24,813 bases of DNA from Patescibacteria group bacterium (GCA_038078395.1 JBBUBH010000030.1:1-24813), one strand, 5' to 3'; shown: positions 1 to 8,719, counted from the first letter of the stretch. The notes: generated by a model not told the origin, from the sequence alone. Translations and numbers: made by a program.

Positions 1-787
1 TTCTTAAATCCCAAAGAGGGACATGGGCTTCGGCGGCGATTAATCTGTCCACTATCTGTTCGCGCGACATTTCAAGTGAGAATATGCCAACTGGCTCATT
101 TGCCTGTAGGGCAACGTGCCTGATTATATCAAGAGCGAGAGAAGTTTTTCCCAAGGACGGGCGCGCGCCGAGTACCACAAGATCGGATTTTTGGAATCCG
201 GAAAGCAGGTTGTCCAGTTCCGGAAATCCGCTTGGTACGCCGCGGAGCCTGCCGTCTCCGCCATGCATTTTTTCTATCCTTTCATAAGCGCTTTTCAGTT
301 CATCTTTCAGATTTATGAATTTATGGTTGAAAGAATGCTGAGAGATGGCGAATATTTTCTGTTCAATGGAATCAAGCATCGTTTCCAGATCTTCAGTTGA
401 ATCAACTGCGTTTTCCGTGATTTCTGCGGAAGTTTTTATAAGATCGCGGAGTATTTTCTTTTCTTTTACGATATGCGCGTAATGTTCAACGTGGGCGGCT
501 GTCGGCACGGATTCAATTAGCTGGGTCAGATAAGATGATCCTCCGATTTCTTTTAGGAATCCTTCGGTTTTTAGTTTTTCCGTCACGCTCAGAATGTCTA
601 TCGGTTCTCTCTTGTCATAAAGTTTGAGTATTGACTCGTAAATTTTTCCGTGCGCCGGCTTGTAAAAATCATCAGACCGCAAAATGTCGCCTACATTCAC
701 AATAGCGTTTTTATCAAGCATTAAGGCGCCGATAACTGATTGCTCGGCTTCTAAATTTTGCGGCGGGAGTTTTAAATTAGTGGACAT
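1..787 (-). CDS. dnaB: Replicative DNA helicase DnaB, 5' part; runs off the window start
   Basis: Not in the ORF track. Manual translation from ATG 787 gives MSTNLKLPPQNLEAEQSVIGALMLDKNAI..., then Walker A region DLVVLGARPSLGKTSLALD and FSLEMSREQIVDRL. Confidence 0.95.
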   Translation of the reverse strand, partial: MSTNLKLPPQNLEAEQSVIGALMLDKNAIVNVGDILRSDDFYKPAHGKIYESILKLYDKREPIDILSVTEKLKTEGFLKEIGGSSYLTQLIESVPTAAHVEHYAHIVKEKKILRDLIKTSAEITENAVDSTEDLETMLDSIEQKIFAISQHSFNHKFINLKDELKSAYERIEKMHGGDGRLRGVPSGFPELDNLLSGFQKSDLVVLGARPSLGKTSLALDIIRHVALQANEPVGIFSLEMSREQIVDRLIAAEAHVPLWDLR

Positions 788-790
788 AAA

Positions 791-907
791 AATTTAAAAT
801 GTAAATATCAAAATGAAAAATGACAATGTAAAATTAAAAATTATTTTAATATATTTTGTCAGAGACAAATTCTTTAATTTTACACTTTGATTTTTGAATT
901 TTGCATT
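791..907. repeat. Inverted array of degenerate 7-bp units (AATNNAA left arm 791-838, TTNNATT right arm 873-907) around a small hairpin
   Basis: Units aatttaa/aatgtaa/atatcaa/aatgaaa/aatgac/aatgtaa/aattaaa and tttaatt/ttacact/ttgattt/ttgaatt/ttgcatt; central tttgtc-aga-gacaaa at 855-869. Confidence 0.8.
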
Positions 908-2339
908 ATTTATGCAAGATGACCGGCCCTTCCGGCGTATCCTCTATAATGTATCCTAACTTTTCTATTTCCTTTCGCAAGCCGTCAGATTGAATAAACT
1001 GTTTATTTTTTCTTAATAACTCCCGCTTCTCAGCCAAATTCATGATTTTTGCGGGAATTTCAGGTATTTCCTTAAGTTCAAGGCCCAGTACCTCGTCAGC
1101 TTTTAGTATTTCTTTATAGGCTGATTTTGCCGTTTTGGGGTATAGTTGATTTTTATTTTTTAATAAATTAAGTTCATAAATAAATTCATGAATTGAGGCC
1201 AGTGCCATCGGCATATTCAGGTCATCACTGATTGCGGTTTCAAATTTTTTATTAAAGTCAGTAATATTCTTTTTGCCCATATCTGATTTAGAAATTATTT
1301 CTTTATTTTTTTTCCTCACTGATTTTTTTAATAAAGTCAACCGATATTTTAATGACTTGTACGCGGTTTCAGCGGCTTTTAAGCTCTCCCATGTGAAATT
1401 TAATCCTTGCCGGTAGTGGGAAGTCAGAATGAGGTAACGCAATGAAAGAGGATCATAGCCCTTCCTTTTTAGATCCGAAACTAAAATTGAATTTCCTAAA
1501 CTTTTACTTATTTTTTTACCGTCAAACATCAGCCATTCGTTATGCATCCAATAGTTGGCGGTCTGATGATTAAAAGCGCCGAAAGCCTGCGCGATTTCAT
1601 TCGTGTGGTGCACAGGAATATGTTCTTTGCCGCCTGTATGGATATCAAATTTTTCTCCCAGATATTTTACTGACATTGCCGTGCATTCAATATGCCAGCC
1701 GGGGAAACCGCTGCCCCAGGGCGAGTTCCATTGCATGATATGTTGTGGTTGATTCGTTATCCATAATAAGAAATCCCAGGGCCGTTTTTTTTCAGGGTCA
1801 ACATTCACTCTTGCGCCAGCTTTTTGTTTTTCTAAATTAAGTTTGGCAAATTTTGCATAATTTTTAAACTTACTCGTATTAAAAATTAAACCCGTGCTTG
1901 TTTTATAAGTGAAGCCGTTTTTTTCTATCTTTTTAATTAAATTAATTTGTTCATTTATATGTTCTGTTGCCCGACACAATATATCGGGTTTTTGTATGTT
2001 CAGGGTTTCCATGCTTTCTTTGAACTGGTTTATATATTTATCGGCTATTTCCCAGACACTGAGATTTTCGCGCTTCGCTCCTTTTTCCATTTTATCCTCG
2101 CCCGTGTCTTCGTCTGATATTAGATGGCCGACATCCGTAATATTCATTACCCACTCAACTTTATTTCCAAGATATTTAAGTGTCCGCACCAAACAATCCC
2201 ATTGTACATAGGCATACATGTGTCCGATATGCTGATTCCAATAAACTGTCGGTCCGCAGGAATAAATCCCGATTTTATCTTTATGCAATGGTTTAAATAC
2301 TTCTTTTTTTCTTGTGAGAGTATTAAATATTTTCAGCAT
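906..2339 (-). CDS. cysS: Cysteine--tRNA ligase
   Basis: CGPTVY, HIGH motif, NITDVGH, PGWHIEC, DIHTGG..HH.NE and KISKS motifs. Confidence 0.98.
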   Translation of the reverse strand: MLKIFNTLTRKKEVFKPLHKDKIGIYSCGPTVYWNQHIGHMYAYVQWDCLVRTLKYLGNKVEWVMNITDVGHLISDEDTGEDKMEKGAKRENLSVWEIADKYINQFKESMETLNIQKPDILCRATEHINEQINLIKKIEKNGFTYKTSTGLIFNTSKFKNYAKFAKLNLEKQKAGARVNVDPEKKRPWDFLLWITNQPQHIMQWNSPWGSGFPGWHIECTAMSVKYLGEKFDIHTGGKEHIPVHHTNEIAQAFGAFNHQTANYWMHNEWLMFDGKKISKSLGNSILVSDLKRKGYDPLSLRYLILTSHYRQGLNFTWESLKAAETAYKSLKYRLTLLKKSVRKKNKEIISKSDMGKKNITDFNKKFETAISDDLNMPMALASIHEFIYELNLLKNKNQLYPKTAKSAYKEILKADEVLGLELKEIPEIPAKIMNLAEKRELLRKNKQFIQSDGLRKEIEKLGYIIEDTPEGPVILHK

Positions 2340-2345
2340 ATTACT

Positions 2346-2351
2346 ATTATA
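2346..2351 (-). promoter_or_regulatory. -10 box of a leaderless-type cysS promoter
   Basis: TATAAT on the minus strand, 6 nt before the ATG at 2339. Confidence 0.6.
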
Positions 2352-2354
2352 TAT

Positions 2355-2381
2355 AAAACAAGCCCTATGGCATATAGGGGC
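2355..2381 (-). terminator. Possible intrinsic terminator after the corA-like gene
   Basis: Minus strand gcccctat..atagggc hairpin followed by ttgtttt. Confidence 0.4.
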
Positions 2382-2415
2382 ATTGTTAGTTGTGCATTAT
2401 AAGTCGTCGGTTATT

Positions 2416-3324
2416 CTAGAGCCACTTCTTTTTTCTGGCTAAAATAAGCAGCAGAATAGTGAAGATTAAAGTTGATAAAAATGCCACTCCGAAAATCAGC
2501 GGATTATCGTTTATTTTATCCACAACGCCGGTTTGGAATATGCCCGTAACAAGCACAAGCGGGAAAGTAAGAGCGGCAATCACGGTAAATTTCTGCATTA
2601 TGGCGTTGGTGTGGGCATTGAGCAATTGGGAATTCGTCTGTTCAAGCGCTTCAATGGTTTCTTTGAAATTATCGAGATATTGCATGATTTTCAGATGGTC
2701 TCCGCTGAGATCCGAAAAATAAATTTTTATGTCGTCTCCCCAGAATTTTGAGCCGGCTTCTTTCAAAGAATCCAGAAGTATTTCCTGCGGCTTGCTGATT
2801 ATGCTGTAATCCAGGATATCCCGTTTTAGATAGGATATTTTTGCGAGAAGCTGATTTTCTTTGTCCTGAAAAAGTTCGCTGGTAACATTGGAAATTTTAT
2901 CTTCAATATGTTTCATCTGCCGCTGGGAAAAAGACAAGATTTCTTCTATGGAATGATAGAGCATTTGGCCGGTGCCGTCGGACATTACCCGGTCTTTGAA
3001 GCGGGGATCGTTGCTTATATGCCGCCAGAAATTATTGAGCGGTTCCAGCTCTTCATAATGTACAGTGATTATTTTTTCTTTAGTGATTAAAAAATCAATT
3101 TCAGCGCGCCGGGAAGTTTTTACGGTATTGTCAAAAATCGGCAGATGATAGGTAAGAAAAATATATTTCGGATGCAGTTCCACTTTTGACCGGGCGGAAG
3201 TGTGCAGAAGTTCGTCAAGGATGATTGGATGGAATTTGTCATTTTTCCCGATGAATTCTATGTCCTTTTTTGTCGGATTGGTAATGTCAATCCAAGTGAT
3301 AGATTTATGCTTAATAATCCTCAT
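2416..3324 (-). CDS. corA: CorA-family Mg/Co/Zn transporter with an atypical signature motif
   Basis: TWIDITNPT, F.L....L, RSKVE, DF.I....IITVH, LSKISYLKRD-like helix, N..MQKFTVIA..FP and two C-terminal TM helices. Start moved to ATG 3324 because the track start lies inside CIRCE and TGnTATAAT sits 6 nt before 3324. Confidence 0.85.
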   Translation of the reverse strand: MRIIKHKSITWIDITNPTKKDIEFIGKNDKFHPIILDELLHTSARSKVELHPKYIFLTYHLPIFDNTVKTSRRAEIDFLITKEKIITVHYEELEPLNNFWRHISNDPRFKDRVMSDGTGQMLYHSIEEILSFSQRQMKHIEDKISNVTSELFQDKENQLLAKISYLKRDILDYSIISKPQEILLDSLKEAGSKFWGDDIKIYFSDLSGDHLKIMQYLDNFKETIEALEQTNSQLLNAHTNAIMQKFTVIAALTFPLVLVTGIFQTGVVDKINDNPLIFGVAFLSTLIFTILLLILARKKKWL

Positions 3325-3350
3325 ATTTTTATTATAACACAAGCTTATTT

Positions 3351-3377
3351 TTAGCACTCTTGACAGTAGAGTGCTAA
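3351..3377. promoter_or_regulatory. CIRCE operator (HrcA site)
   Basis: Exact consensus TTAGCACTC-N9-GAGTGCTAA directly upstream of hrcA. Confidence 0.97.
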
Positions 3378-3389
3378 CCGAATTATAAT
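3360..3389 (+). promoter_or_regulatory. Sigma70 promoter of hrcA-grpE-dnaK
   Basis: TTGACA (3360-3365, inside the CIRCE spacer), 18 bp, TATAAT (3384-3389). Confidence 0.85.
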
Positions 3390-3412
3390 TTTAAGAGTTA
3401 TAAAAAACACAC

Positions 3413-4120
3413 ATGAATTTGAATTTAAGGACAAAATCAATTCTGGAAGCCGCAATAAAAGAATACATAAAAAGCGGCGATCCGGTGAGCTCAAAAGATC
3501 TTACCAAGAGATATAAATTCGGCGTTAAAGACGCCACTATCCGCAACGAGCTGAATCTTCTGACAAAAGAGGGTTTTTTGGCGCAACTTCACACTTCCGG
3601 CGGCCGCGTGCCGACTGATAAGGGTTATCAATTTTTCGTGGAAGAAACAGTTGAAGATATTTTTGCTTCAAAAAAGATTTTGAATAATAGGAGTAATAGC
3701 GCGCTTATGGGGGGTTTACGGAAAGGCAATCTGAAAGATTTTGTGGACGCATTTTCAGAGGAAACAAAATTATTGGGAGTGGGGCAGGGTGAAAAAGAAA
3801 TTTATAAGAGCGGGCTGGAAGAATTATTCAGTCAGCTTGATATGGAAACAAAAGAAGAAATGCATGAAATTATCCATGATTTTGACCGGCTAGACGAACG
3901 GCTTCATGAAATCAATCAGAAGATTTTTTCCGTCATTAAGGAGCCCAGAGTTTTCATAGGGAATAAAAGTCCGATAACTCAAAGCAAGCATTTATCGGTG
4001 ATTATGGACAGTTATTCTGTCGGCGACCACAAAGTCCTGATTGCGATAATCGGTCCGAAAAGAATGGACTATGACAAAAATTTAAAATTATTTAAATTAT
4101 TTCACGAGTATGATGAATAG
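3413..4120 (+). CDS. hrcA: Heat-inducible transcription repressor HrcA, compact form (235 aa)
   Basis: wHTH motif ATIRNEL..L...G.L.Q.HTSGGRVPTDKGY, C-terminal IIGPKRMDY, adjacent CIRCE. Confidence 0.95.
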   Translation: MNLNLRTKSILEAAIKEYIKSGDPVSSKDLTKRYKFGVKDATIRNELNLLTKEGFLAQLHTSGGRVPTDKGYQFFVEETVEDIFASKKILNNRSNSALMGGLRKGNLKDFVDAFSEETKLLGVGQGEKEIYKSGLEELFSQLDMETKEEMHEIIHDFDRLDERLHEINQKIFSVIKEPRVFIGNKSPITQSKHLSVIMDSYSVGDHKVLIAIIGPKRMDYDKNLKLFKLFHEYDE

Positions 4121-4174
4121 TTGCCGCACGATAAACAGGTAAAGTATAAATATAAAAGATATAAATACAATAAA

Positions 4175-4669
4175 ATGGAAGAAAAAAAAGACGAAAAATT
4201 GAATAATGCAGTTGCTCCGCCGCAAACGGAAGAGCAAACAGAATTGGAAAAATTGAAAGCCGAACGGGATGAATATCTGAATGGCTGGAAACGGGCGAAG
4301 GCGGACCTGATAAATTATCAGAAAGATGAGGCTAAGAGATTTCAGGAAATGGCGAGATATGGGGTGGAAATGGCGCTGGCGGATATGATTACGATTTTGG
4401 ACAGTTTTGATCTTGCGGAAAAGAACGGAGTCGGAAATCCAATAATAAAGAACCAGCTGGAAGATACTCTAAAAAAACGCGGTCTAGAAAGGATGAAAAT
4501 AAATATCGGAGACGCATTTGATCCGAGTTATCATGAATCAATCGGAGAAATGGATGCGCAGTCGGGTAAAGGTGTTCCGGGTACTATTATAGAAGTAGCA
4601 GTGGCGGGGTATGCATTGGATGGGAAAGTCGTCCGTCCCGCAAAAGTGAAGATAGTCAAAAGTCCGTAA
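4175..4669 (+). CDS. grpE: Nucleotide exchange factor GrpE
   Basis: YLNGWKRAKADLINYQK, FDPSYHE, GY.L.G.V.RPA.V; lies between hrcA and dnaK. Likely start is ATG 4175. Confidence 0.95.
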   Translation: MEEKKDEKLNNAVAPPQTEEQTELEKLKAERDEYLNGWKRAKADLINYQKDEAKRFQEMARYGVEMALADMITILDSFDLAEKNGVGNPIIKNQLEDTLKKRGLERMKINIGDAFDPSYHESIGEMDAQSGKGVPGTIIEVAVAGYALDGKVVRPAKVKIVKSP

Positions 4670-4811
4670 AGTTTATAAAGTTGAAAGTCGCTAAGAGTCA
4701 AAAGTCTATAAAGTCAAAAGTCATTAAATTAAAAATTAAATAAGTTCGTAGGCAGTAGCCAGTAGTCCGTAGAAAATTTATTTTCTTACGCCCTACGTTC
4801 TACGTTCTACG
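4659..4811. repeat. Two degenerate short-period arrays: AAAGTY units (~4659-4723), and GTAG heptamers inverted against CTACG heptamers (~4745-4811)
   Basis: aaagtccgt aaagtttat aaagttg aaagtcgct aagagtc aaaagtctat aaagtc aaaagtcat; cgtaggc agtagcc agtagtc cgtagaa ... cttacg ccctacg ttctacg ttctacg. Confidence 0.75.
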
Positions 4812-4821
4812 CGCTAAACAT

Positions 4822-6693
4822 ATGTCAAAAATATTAGGAATTGACTTAGGAACAACAAATTCAGCGATGGCGATTATGGAATCGGCCGGCCCGCGCGTTT
4901 TAGAAAACGCCGAAGGCAACCGCACGACTCCGTCAATTGTCGCGGTCAGCAAAGCCAAAGAGCGTCTGGTGGGGCTTTTAGCCAAGCGCCAGGCGGTTAC
5001 AAACCCGCAGAATACTATTTATTCGGTTAAGCGTCTTATTGGCAGGAAATTCAGCGATAAAGAAGTGCAGGCGGATAGAAAATGGCTTCCTTTTGAGCTT
5101 AAAGAAGCGAAAAATGGAGGCGTTGAAGTGAAAATGGGAGACGAATGGTTTACTCCGGAAGAAATTTCCGCCAAGGTTTTGGGAAAATTGAAAGCCAATG
5201 CGGAAGCGCTTTTAGGCGAAAAAATTGAAGAAGCGGTCATCACTGTTCCGGCTTATTTTGACGATAGCCAGAGGCAGGCAACCAAGAATGCCGGTGAAAT
5301 TGCCGGTCTTAAAGTAAAAAGAATCTTGAATGAACCGACTGCGGCGGCGCTCGCTTATGGTTTGAATAAAAAGAAAGACGAGCAGATTGTTGTTTATGAT
5401 TTCGGCGGCGGAACTTTTGACGTTTCTGTTCTGGAAGTCGGCGGCGATACAGTTGAAGTGAAAGCCACCGGCGGCGACACTCATTTGGGCGGAGATGATT
5501 TTGACAAGAAAATAATTGAATATTTGATAATCCAGTATAAAAAAGAATCGGGCGTGGATATTTCCAAAGATCCGCTGGCAATCCAGCGTTTGAAAGAAGC
5601 GGCGGAAAAAGCCAAGCATGAACTTTCGTCTTCGGTTGAAGCGGAAATCAATCTTCCTTATATCACTTCGGATGCGTCCGGGCCGAAACATTTTTTGATT
5701 AAATTCAGCAGAGCCAAACTTGAAGAATTGGTTGGCGAAGATATCAAGCGTTCAATTGAATTGATGCTTGGCGTGATTAAGGATGCGAAATTTACGGTTG
5801 CTGATATAGATGAAGTTGTTTTGGTGGGCGGGCAGACAAGAATGCCGGCCATTCAGGACGCAGTTAAGAAAGTTTTCGGTTTTGAACCTCACAAGGGAGT
5901 AAATCCGGATGAAGTTGTGGCTGTGGGCGCCGCTATTCAGGCAGGAATTATGCAGGGCGATGTGAAAGATATTTTGCTTTTGGATGTTACCCCGCTTTCA
6001 CTTGGAATTGAGACACTTGGCGGAGTTTTTACGCGGCTCATAGAAAAAAATACAACCATTCCGACAGCTAAGTCGCAGGTTTTCTCAACTGCGGCTGATA
6101 ATCAGACATCCGTTGAAATCCATGTGCTTCAGGGCGAAAGAGAAATGGCGGGCGATAACAAAACTCTTGCGAGGTTTATTTTGGACGGCATTCCGTCGTC
6201 ACCGCGCGGCATTCCGCAGGTTGAAGTTACTTTTGACATTGACGCTAACGGCATTTTAAATGTTTCCGCCAAAGACAAGGCCAGTGGTAAAGTTCAGACA
6301 GTCAGAATTGAAGCCAGCACAGGACTTTCCAAAGATGAAATTGAAAAGGCCAAAAACGAAGCGAAAATGCATGAAGCGGAAGATAAAAAGAAAAGGGAAT
6401 TGATTGAAACCAAAAATATGGCAGAAAGCTCCGTCTATGCGGCGGAAAAGGCGTTGAAGGACTTGCCCGCCGAAGCTTCAGCGAAGGAGGGTGCGGGAGA
6501 AATCATTAAATCTGTTCAAGAAAAAATTGAGGCAGTGAAAGCTGTCAAAGATGGCGACGACGTTGAAGCCATTAAAAAGGCGTTAGCAGAATTGGGGCAG
6601 GAGTTGCAGAAAATTGGGCAGTATGTGTATAAAGCCGGAGGCGCCAAAGGTGCCGCAGGTCCTGAGCAAAGCGAAGGAGAGGAGAAGAAATAA
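4822..6693 (+). CDS. dnaK: Molecular chaperone DnaK (Hsp70)
   Basis: [65 protein letters not shown]. Confidence 0.99.
   Translation: MSKILGIDLGTTNSAMAIMESAGPRVLENAEGNRTTPSIVAVSKAKERLVGLLAKRQAVTNPQNTIYSVKRLIGRKFSDKEVQADRKWLPFELKEAKNGGVEVKMGDEWFTPEEISAKVLGKLKANAEALLGEKIEEAVITVPAYFDDSQRQATKNAGEIAGLKVKRILNEPTAAALAYGLNKKKDEQIVVYDFGGGTFDVSVLEVGGDTVEVKATGGDTHLGGDDFDKKIIEYLIIQYKKESGVDISKDPLAIQRLKEAAEKAKHELSSSVEAEINLPYITSDASGPKHFLIKFSRAKLEELVGEDIKRSIELMLGVIKDAKFTVADIDEVVLVGGQTRMPAIQDAVKKVFGFEPHKGVNPDEVVAVGAAIQAGIMQGDVKDILLLDVTPLSLGIETLGGVFTRLIEKNTTIPTAKSQVFSTAADNQTSVEIHVLQGEREMAGDNKTLARFILDGIPSSPRGIPQVEVTFDIDANGILNVSAKDKASGKVQTVRIEASTGLSKDEIEKAKNEAKMHEAEDKKKRELIETKNMAESSVYAAEKALKDLPAEASAKEGAGEIIKSVQEKIEAVKAVKDGDDVEAIKKALAELGQELQKIGQYVYKAGGAKGAAGPEQSEGEEKK
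6466..6491 (+). repeat. REP-like imperfect palindrome inside the dnaK CDS (encodes PAEASAKEG)
   Basis: CCCGCC-GAAGCTTCAGCGAA-GGAGGG: outer stem with one mismatch, inner GCT/AGC. Confidence 0.5.
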
Positions 6694-6700
6694 ATTTAAT

Positions 6701-6976
6701 ATGTTTAATTTTGGTAGATTAAAAGAAATAGAAAACAGAATTTTGGAAAATCAAAAAACATTAGGAGAACTCAATGAGGGTACGCCTGTTTTTTCGTCTT
6801 TATTTTCTGATACTGAAATTAAACGGATTGAGAATTGTAATAAGGCATTGGAAAAAGAAAGACAACATATTTTAGATGGACGTAATAGTTGGAAATCTAA
6901 AATTTTTTGGGACGTATCTGTTCCAATAATAGTAGCTGTCATAACAACATATTTAATTAACAAAATGGTATTTTAA
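6701..6976 (+). CDS. Hypothetical 91-aa protein with a C-terminal TM helix
   Basis: ATG 7 nt after the dnaK stop; C-terminal hydrophobic IFWDVSVPIIVAVITTYLI. Confidence 0.6.
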   Translation: MFNFGRLKEIENRILENQKTLGELNEGTPVFSSLFSDTEIKRIENCNKALEKERQHILDGRNSWKSKIFWDVSVPIIVAVITTYLINKMVF

Positions 6977-6994
6977 TAAATTTATTAAAATATA

Positions 6995-7016
6995 ATCCAC
7001 ACAATTGTGTGGATTT
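6995..7016. terminator. Perfect 22-bp palindrome, probably a bidirectional terminator
   Basis: aatccacacaattgtgtggatt followed by T-rich sequence and preceded by A-rich sequence. Confidence 0.55.
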
Positions 7017-7050
7017 TTGTTTTGATCTGGGGCATAATTTAAATGATTTT

Positions 7051-7308
7051 ATGCAATTATTTTTTGATAAAAAATTGGCGTTTGGTTATAAAAGTCCATC
7101 GCAGAAAATTAGGGTTTTGACGGAGGGCTGGGTAGATAATCAGGTTTTTTGTCCGAATTGTGGGTACGTAGAAATAGAACAATATCAAAGTAATAAACCG
7201 GTTGCGGATTTTTTCTGTTTAAATTGTAAAGAGGATTATGAATTGAAAAGTAAAAAAGTTATTATAACCGACCAAAATAAAAAAACTCTCCTTTCGGGGG
7301 AAATTTGA
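7051..7308 (+). pseudogene. Truncated DpnI-like (Dam-methyl-dependent, type IIM) restriction endonuclease; N-terminal ~69 aa only
   Basis: YKSPSQKIRVLTEGWV..Q.FCPNCG....Y.SNKPVADFFC..C.EDYELKSKK matches the recalled S. pneumoniae DpnI N-terminus. Homology stops at ~7258, while full DpnI is about 250 aa. Confidence 0.85.
7279..7308 (+). repeat. Island boundary motif, copy 1
   Basis: aaaaactctcctttcgggggaaatttga; 27/28 identical to 8909-8936. Confidence 0.85.
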
Positions 7309-7395
7309 AAAACCGTTTTTAATTTAGGTGTTGATAACCATATATTGGATTTAAACTATAATGAATATGTAAAGAAAAAAGGGTCAATTTATTGA

Positions 7396-7424
7396 TTGAC
7401 ATTGCGAAATGCATATATTATAAT
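7396..7424 (+). promoter_or_regulatory. Consensus sigma70 promoter of the Fic antitoxin-toxin operon
   Basis: TTGACA-17bp-TATAAT; the -10 lies inside a 16-bp AT-only palindrome at 7413-7428. Confidence 0.8.
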
Positions 7425-7461
7425 ATATCGAAGTTTAATTAATGTTAATCATAAATTATAT

Positions 7462-7653
7462 ATGACTAAAATTTTAAGGCAACTTATTGAATCTAAGACA
7501 AAAGCAGATAGAGTTATTAGTGGAATGAGTTTTGCTCAAAAAAAACAACTTGAAAAAGCATGGGATACTGAACATGCTTATTATTCAAGCGCGCTTGAGG
7601 GAAGTAGATTGGACAGAGAAAGATTTGATGTATTGGCCCAAAAGGAAAAATAA
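7462..7653 (+). CDS. FicA/VbhA-type antitoxin (63 aa) carrying the Fic inhibitory helix
   Basis: YYSSALEGS matches the (S/T)xxxE(G/N) inhibitory motif; lies directly upstream of a Fic gene. Start is ATG 7462, because the track start is the -35 box. Confidence 0.85.
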   Translation: MTKILRQLIESKTKADRVISGMSFAQKKQLEKAWDTEHAYYSSALEGSRLDRERFDVLAQKEK

Positions 7654-7656
7654 TAA

Positions 7657-8304
7657 ATGAAAGATTTTGTAAGGCCTAAAACACAAGAAGATTTACAGGA
7701 ACGAGAGGCTGTCGGCGTAATCCGGGCCTCTCGTTTTGTTAGGAAGCTTACTAGATCAAGAACTGCTATTGATATAAGTTCTATTTATGCTATTCATAAA
7801 GAAATTTTTAAGGATGTCCGTCCGGATATAGCGGGTGAACTAAGAAGAGAAGATTTGAGTATAGCCCATTCGAAACATCGACCGATGCATTATTCTCGTG
7901 TGCCTGCGGCAATGATTGAAATGAATAAAGAATTTAAAGAAATATTGAGTGAGTTAAAAATGATTCCTAAAATGGTTATAAGGGGAAATATTAAAATAAA
8001 AAATAAAGAATTAAAAATGATTCAGAAAATTGTAAAAGCGGCTGCGTGGATTCATCACAAAATTACACATATTCATCCGTTTGCGGAGGGAAATGGAAGA
8101 ACTGCAAGATTAATGGCGAATTTGGTATTGGAGCGTTATAATCTTATCGGAATTTCCGTCAAAATGGAGCGGGAGAATAAAAATAGATATTTGCAGGCAT
8201 TATCACAAATTGATGAAGTTGGAGATTATAAGCCGTTAGTTTCTTTAATATTTGAGGGAATGACTGACAGATATAACGGAGTAGAAAAATTTAAAACTAA
8301 ATAA
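7657..8304 (+). CDS. Fic-domain toxin/AMPylase (class I)
   Basis: Canonical HPFAEGNGRTAR motif, no internal inhibitory motif. Confidence 0.93.
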   Translation: MKDFVRPKTQEDLQEREAVGVIRASRFVRKLTRSRTAIDISSIYAIHKEIFKDVRPDIAGELRREDLSIAHSKHRPMHYSRVPAAMIEMNKEFKEILSELKMIPKMVIRGNIKIKNKELKMIQKIVKAAAWIHHKITHIHPFAEGNGRTARLMANLVLERYNLIGISVKMERENKNRYLQALSQIDEVGDYKPLVSLIFEGMTDRYNGVEKFKTK

Positions 8305-8332
8305 ATTAGTTTATTTGAGAGTTGATTAATAT

Positions 8333-8383
8333 AAAAAAATCCCTCTTTTGGGGGAAATTTAGGGTGCGATTTTTTATTTGACT
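8333..8383 (+). repeat. Island boundary motif, copy 2, followed by a TTGACT -35 box
   Basis: aaaaaaatccctcttttgggggaaatttag...ttttatttgact; promoter TTGACT(8378)-17-TAATAT(8401) with TGn. Confidence 0.7.
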
Positions 8384-8446
8384 ATCAGTGACTTTTTTGA
8401 TAATATCTTTTCAGTTGTTTATTTCGTAAATAAGGAGATGAAAAAG

Positions 8447-8719
8447 ATGCGCAAACTTCGCTTTTTGTTAGGGCTTCTCGGTTTTAATACATGGGATTCA
8501 TGGGGCGGATTCGGCATCACTTTATCCTGGCCTAATAATCAAAAAAAGTATGAATTACAGGTTAAGATCATAGATGCTCTTACGCTTTTGCTTGCTGATG
8601 ATAAGTATCTTGTTGAGGGACCGACATTTGCCGCGGGTGGTGCTCAAGTCATGTATGTGTGGTCGAAGGATGATCCGCACGTGAAAGAATTATTGGAAAA
8701 ACGGAAAACGGCTCAATGA
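8447..8719 (+). CDS. Hypothetical protein (~90 aa)
   Basis: AAGGAG at 8432-8437 is 9 nt before ATG 8447; own promoter upstream; no recognisable motif. Confidence 0.6.
   Translation: MRKLRFLLGLLGFNTWDSWGGFGITLSWPNNQKKYELQVKIIDALTLLLADDKYLVEGPTFAAGGAQVMYVWSKDDPHVKELLEKRKTAQ

Noticed and set aside
84-400. Plus-strand ORFs 84-287 and 116-400
   Set aside because: Antisense shadows of dnaB, which occupies 1-787 on the minus strand.
3325-3357. Track start for corA at 3357, and similar extended starts at 4121, 6614, 7009, 7396, 8378, 8973, 15132, 15370
   Set aside because: The extensions run through operators, -35 boxes or upstream genes. Downstream ATGs fit the homology or the promoter and SD spacing better.
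7413-7428. 16-bp palindrome over the Fic operon -10 as an autoregulatory operator
   Set aside because: It is composed only of A and T in a very AT-rich region, so it carries too little information, and the antitoxin has no evident DNA-binding domain.
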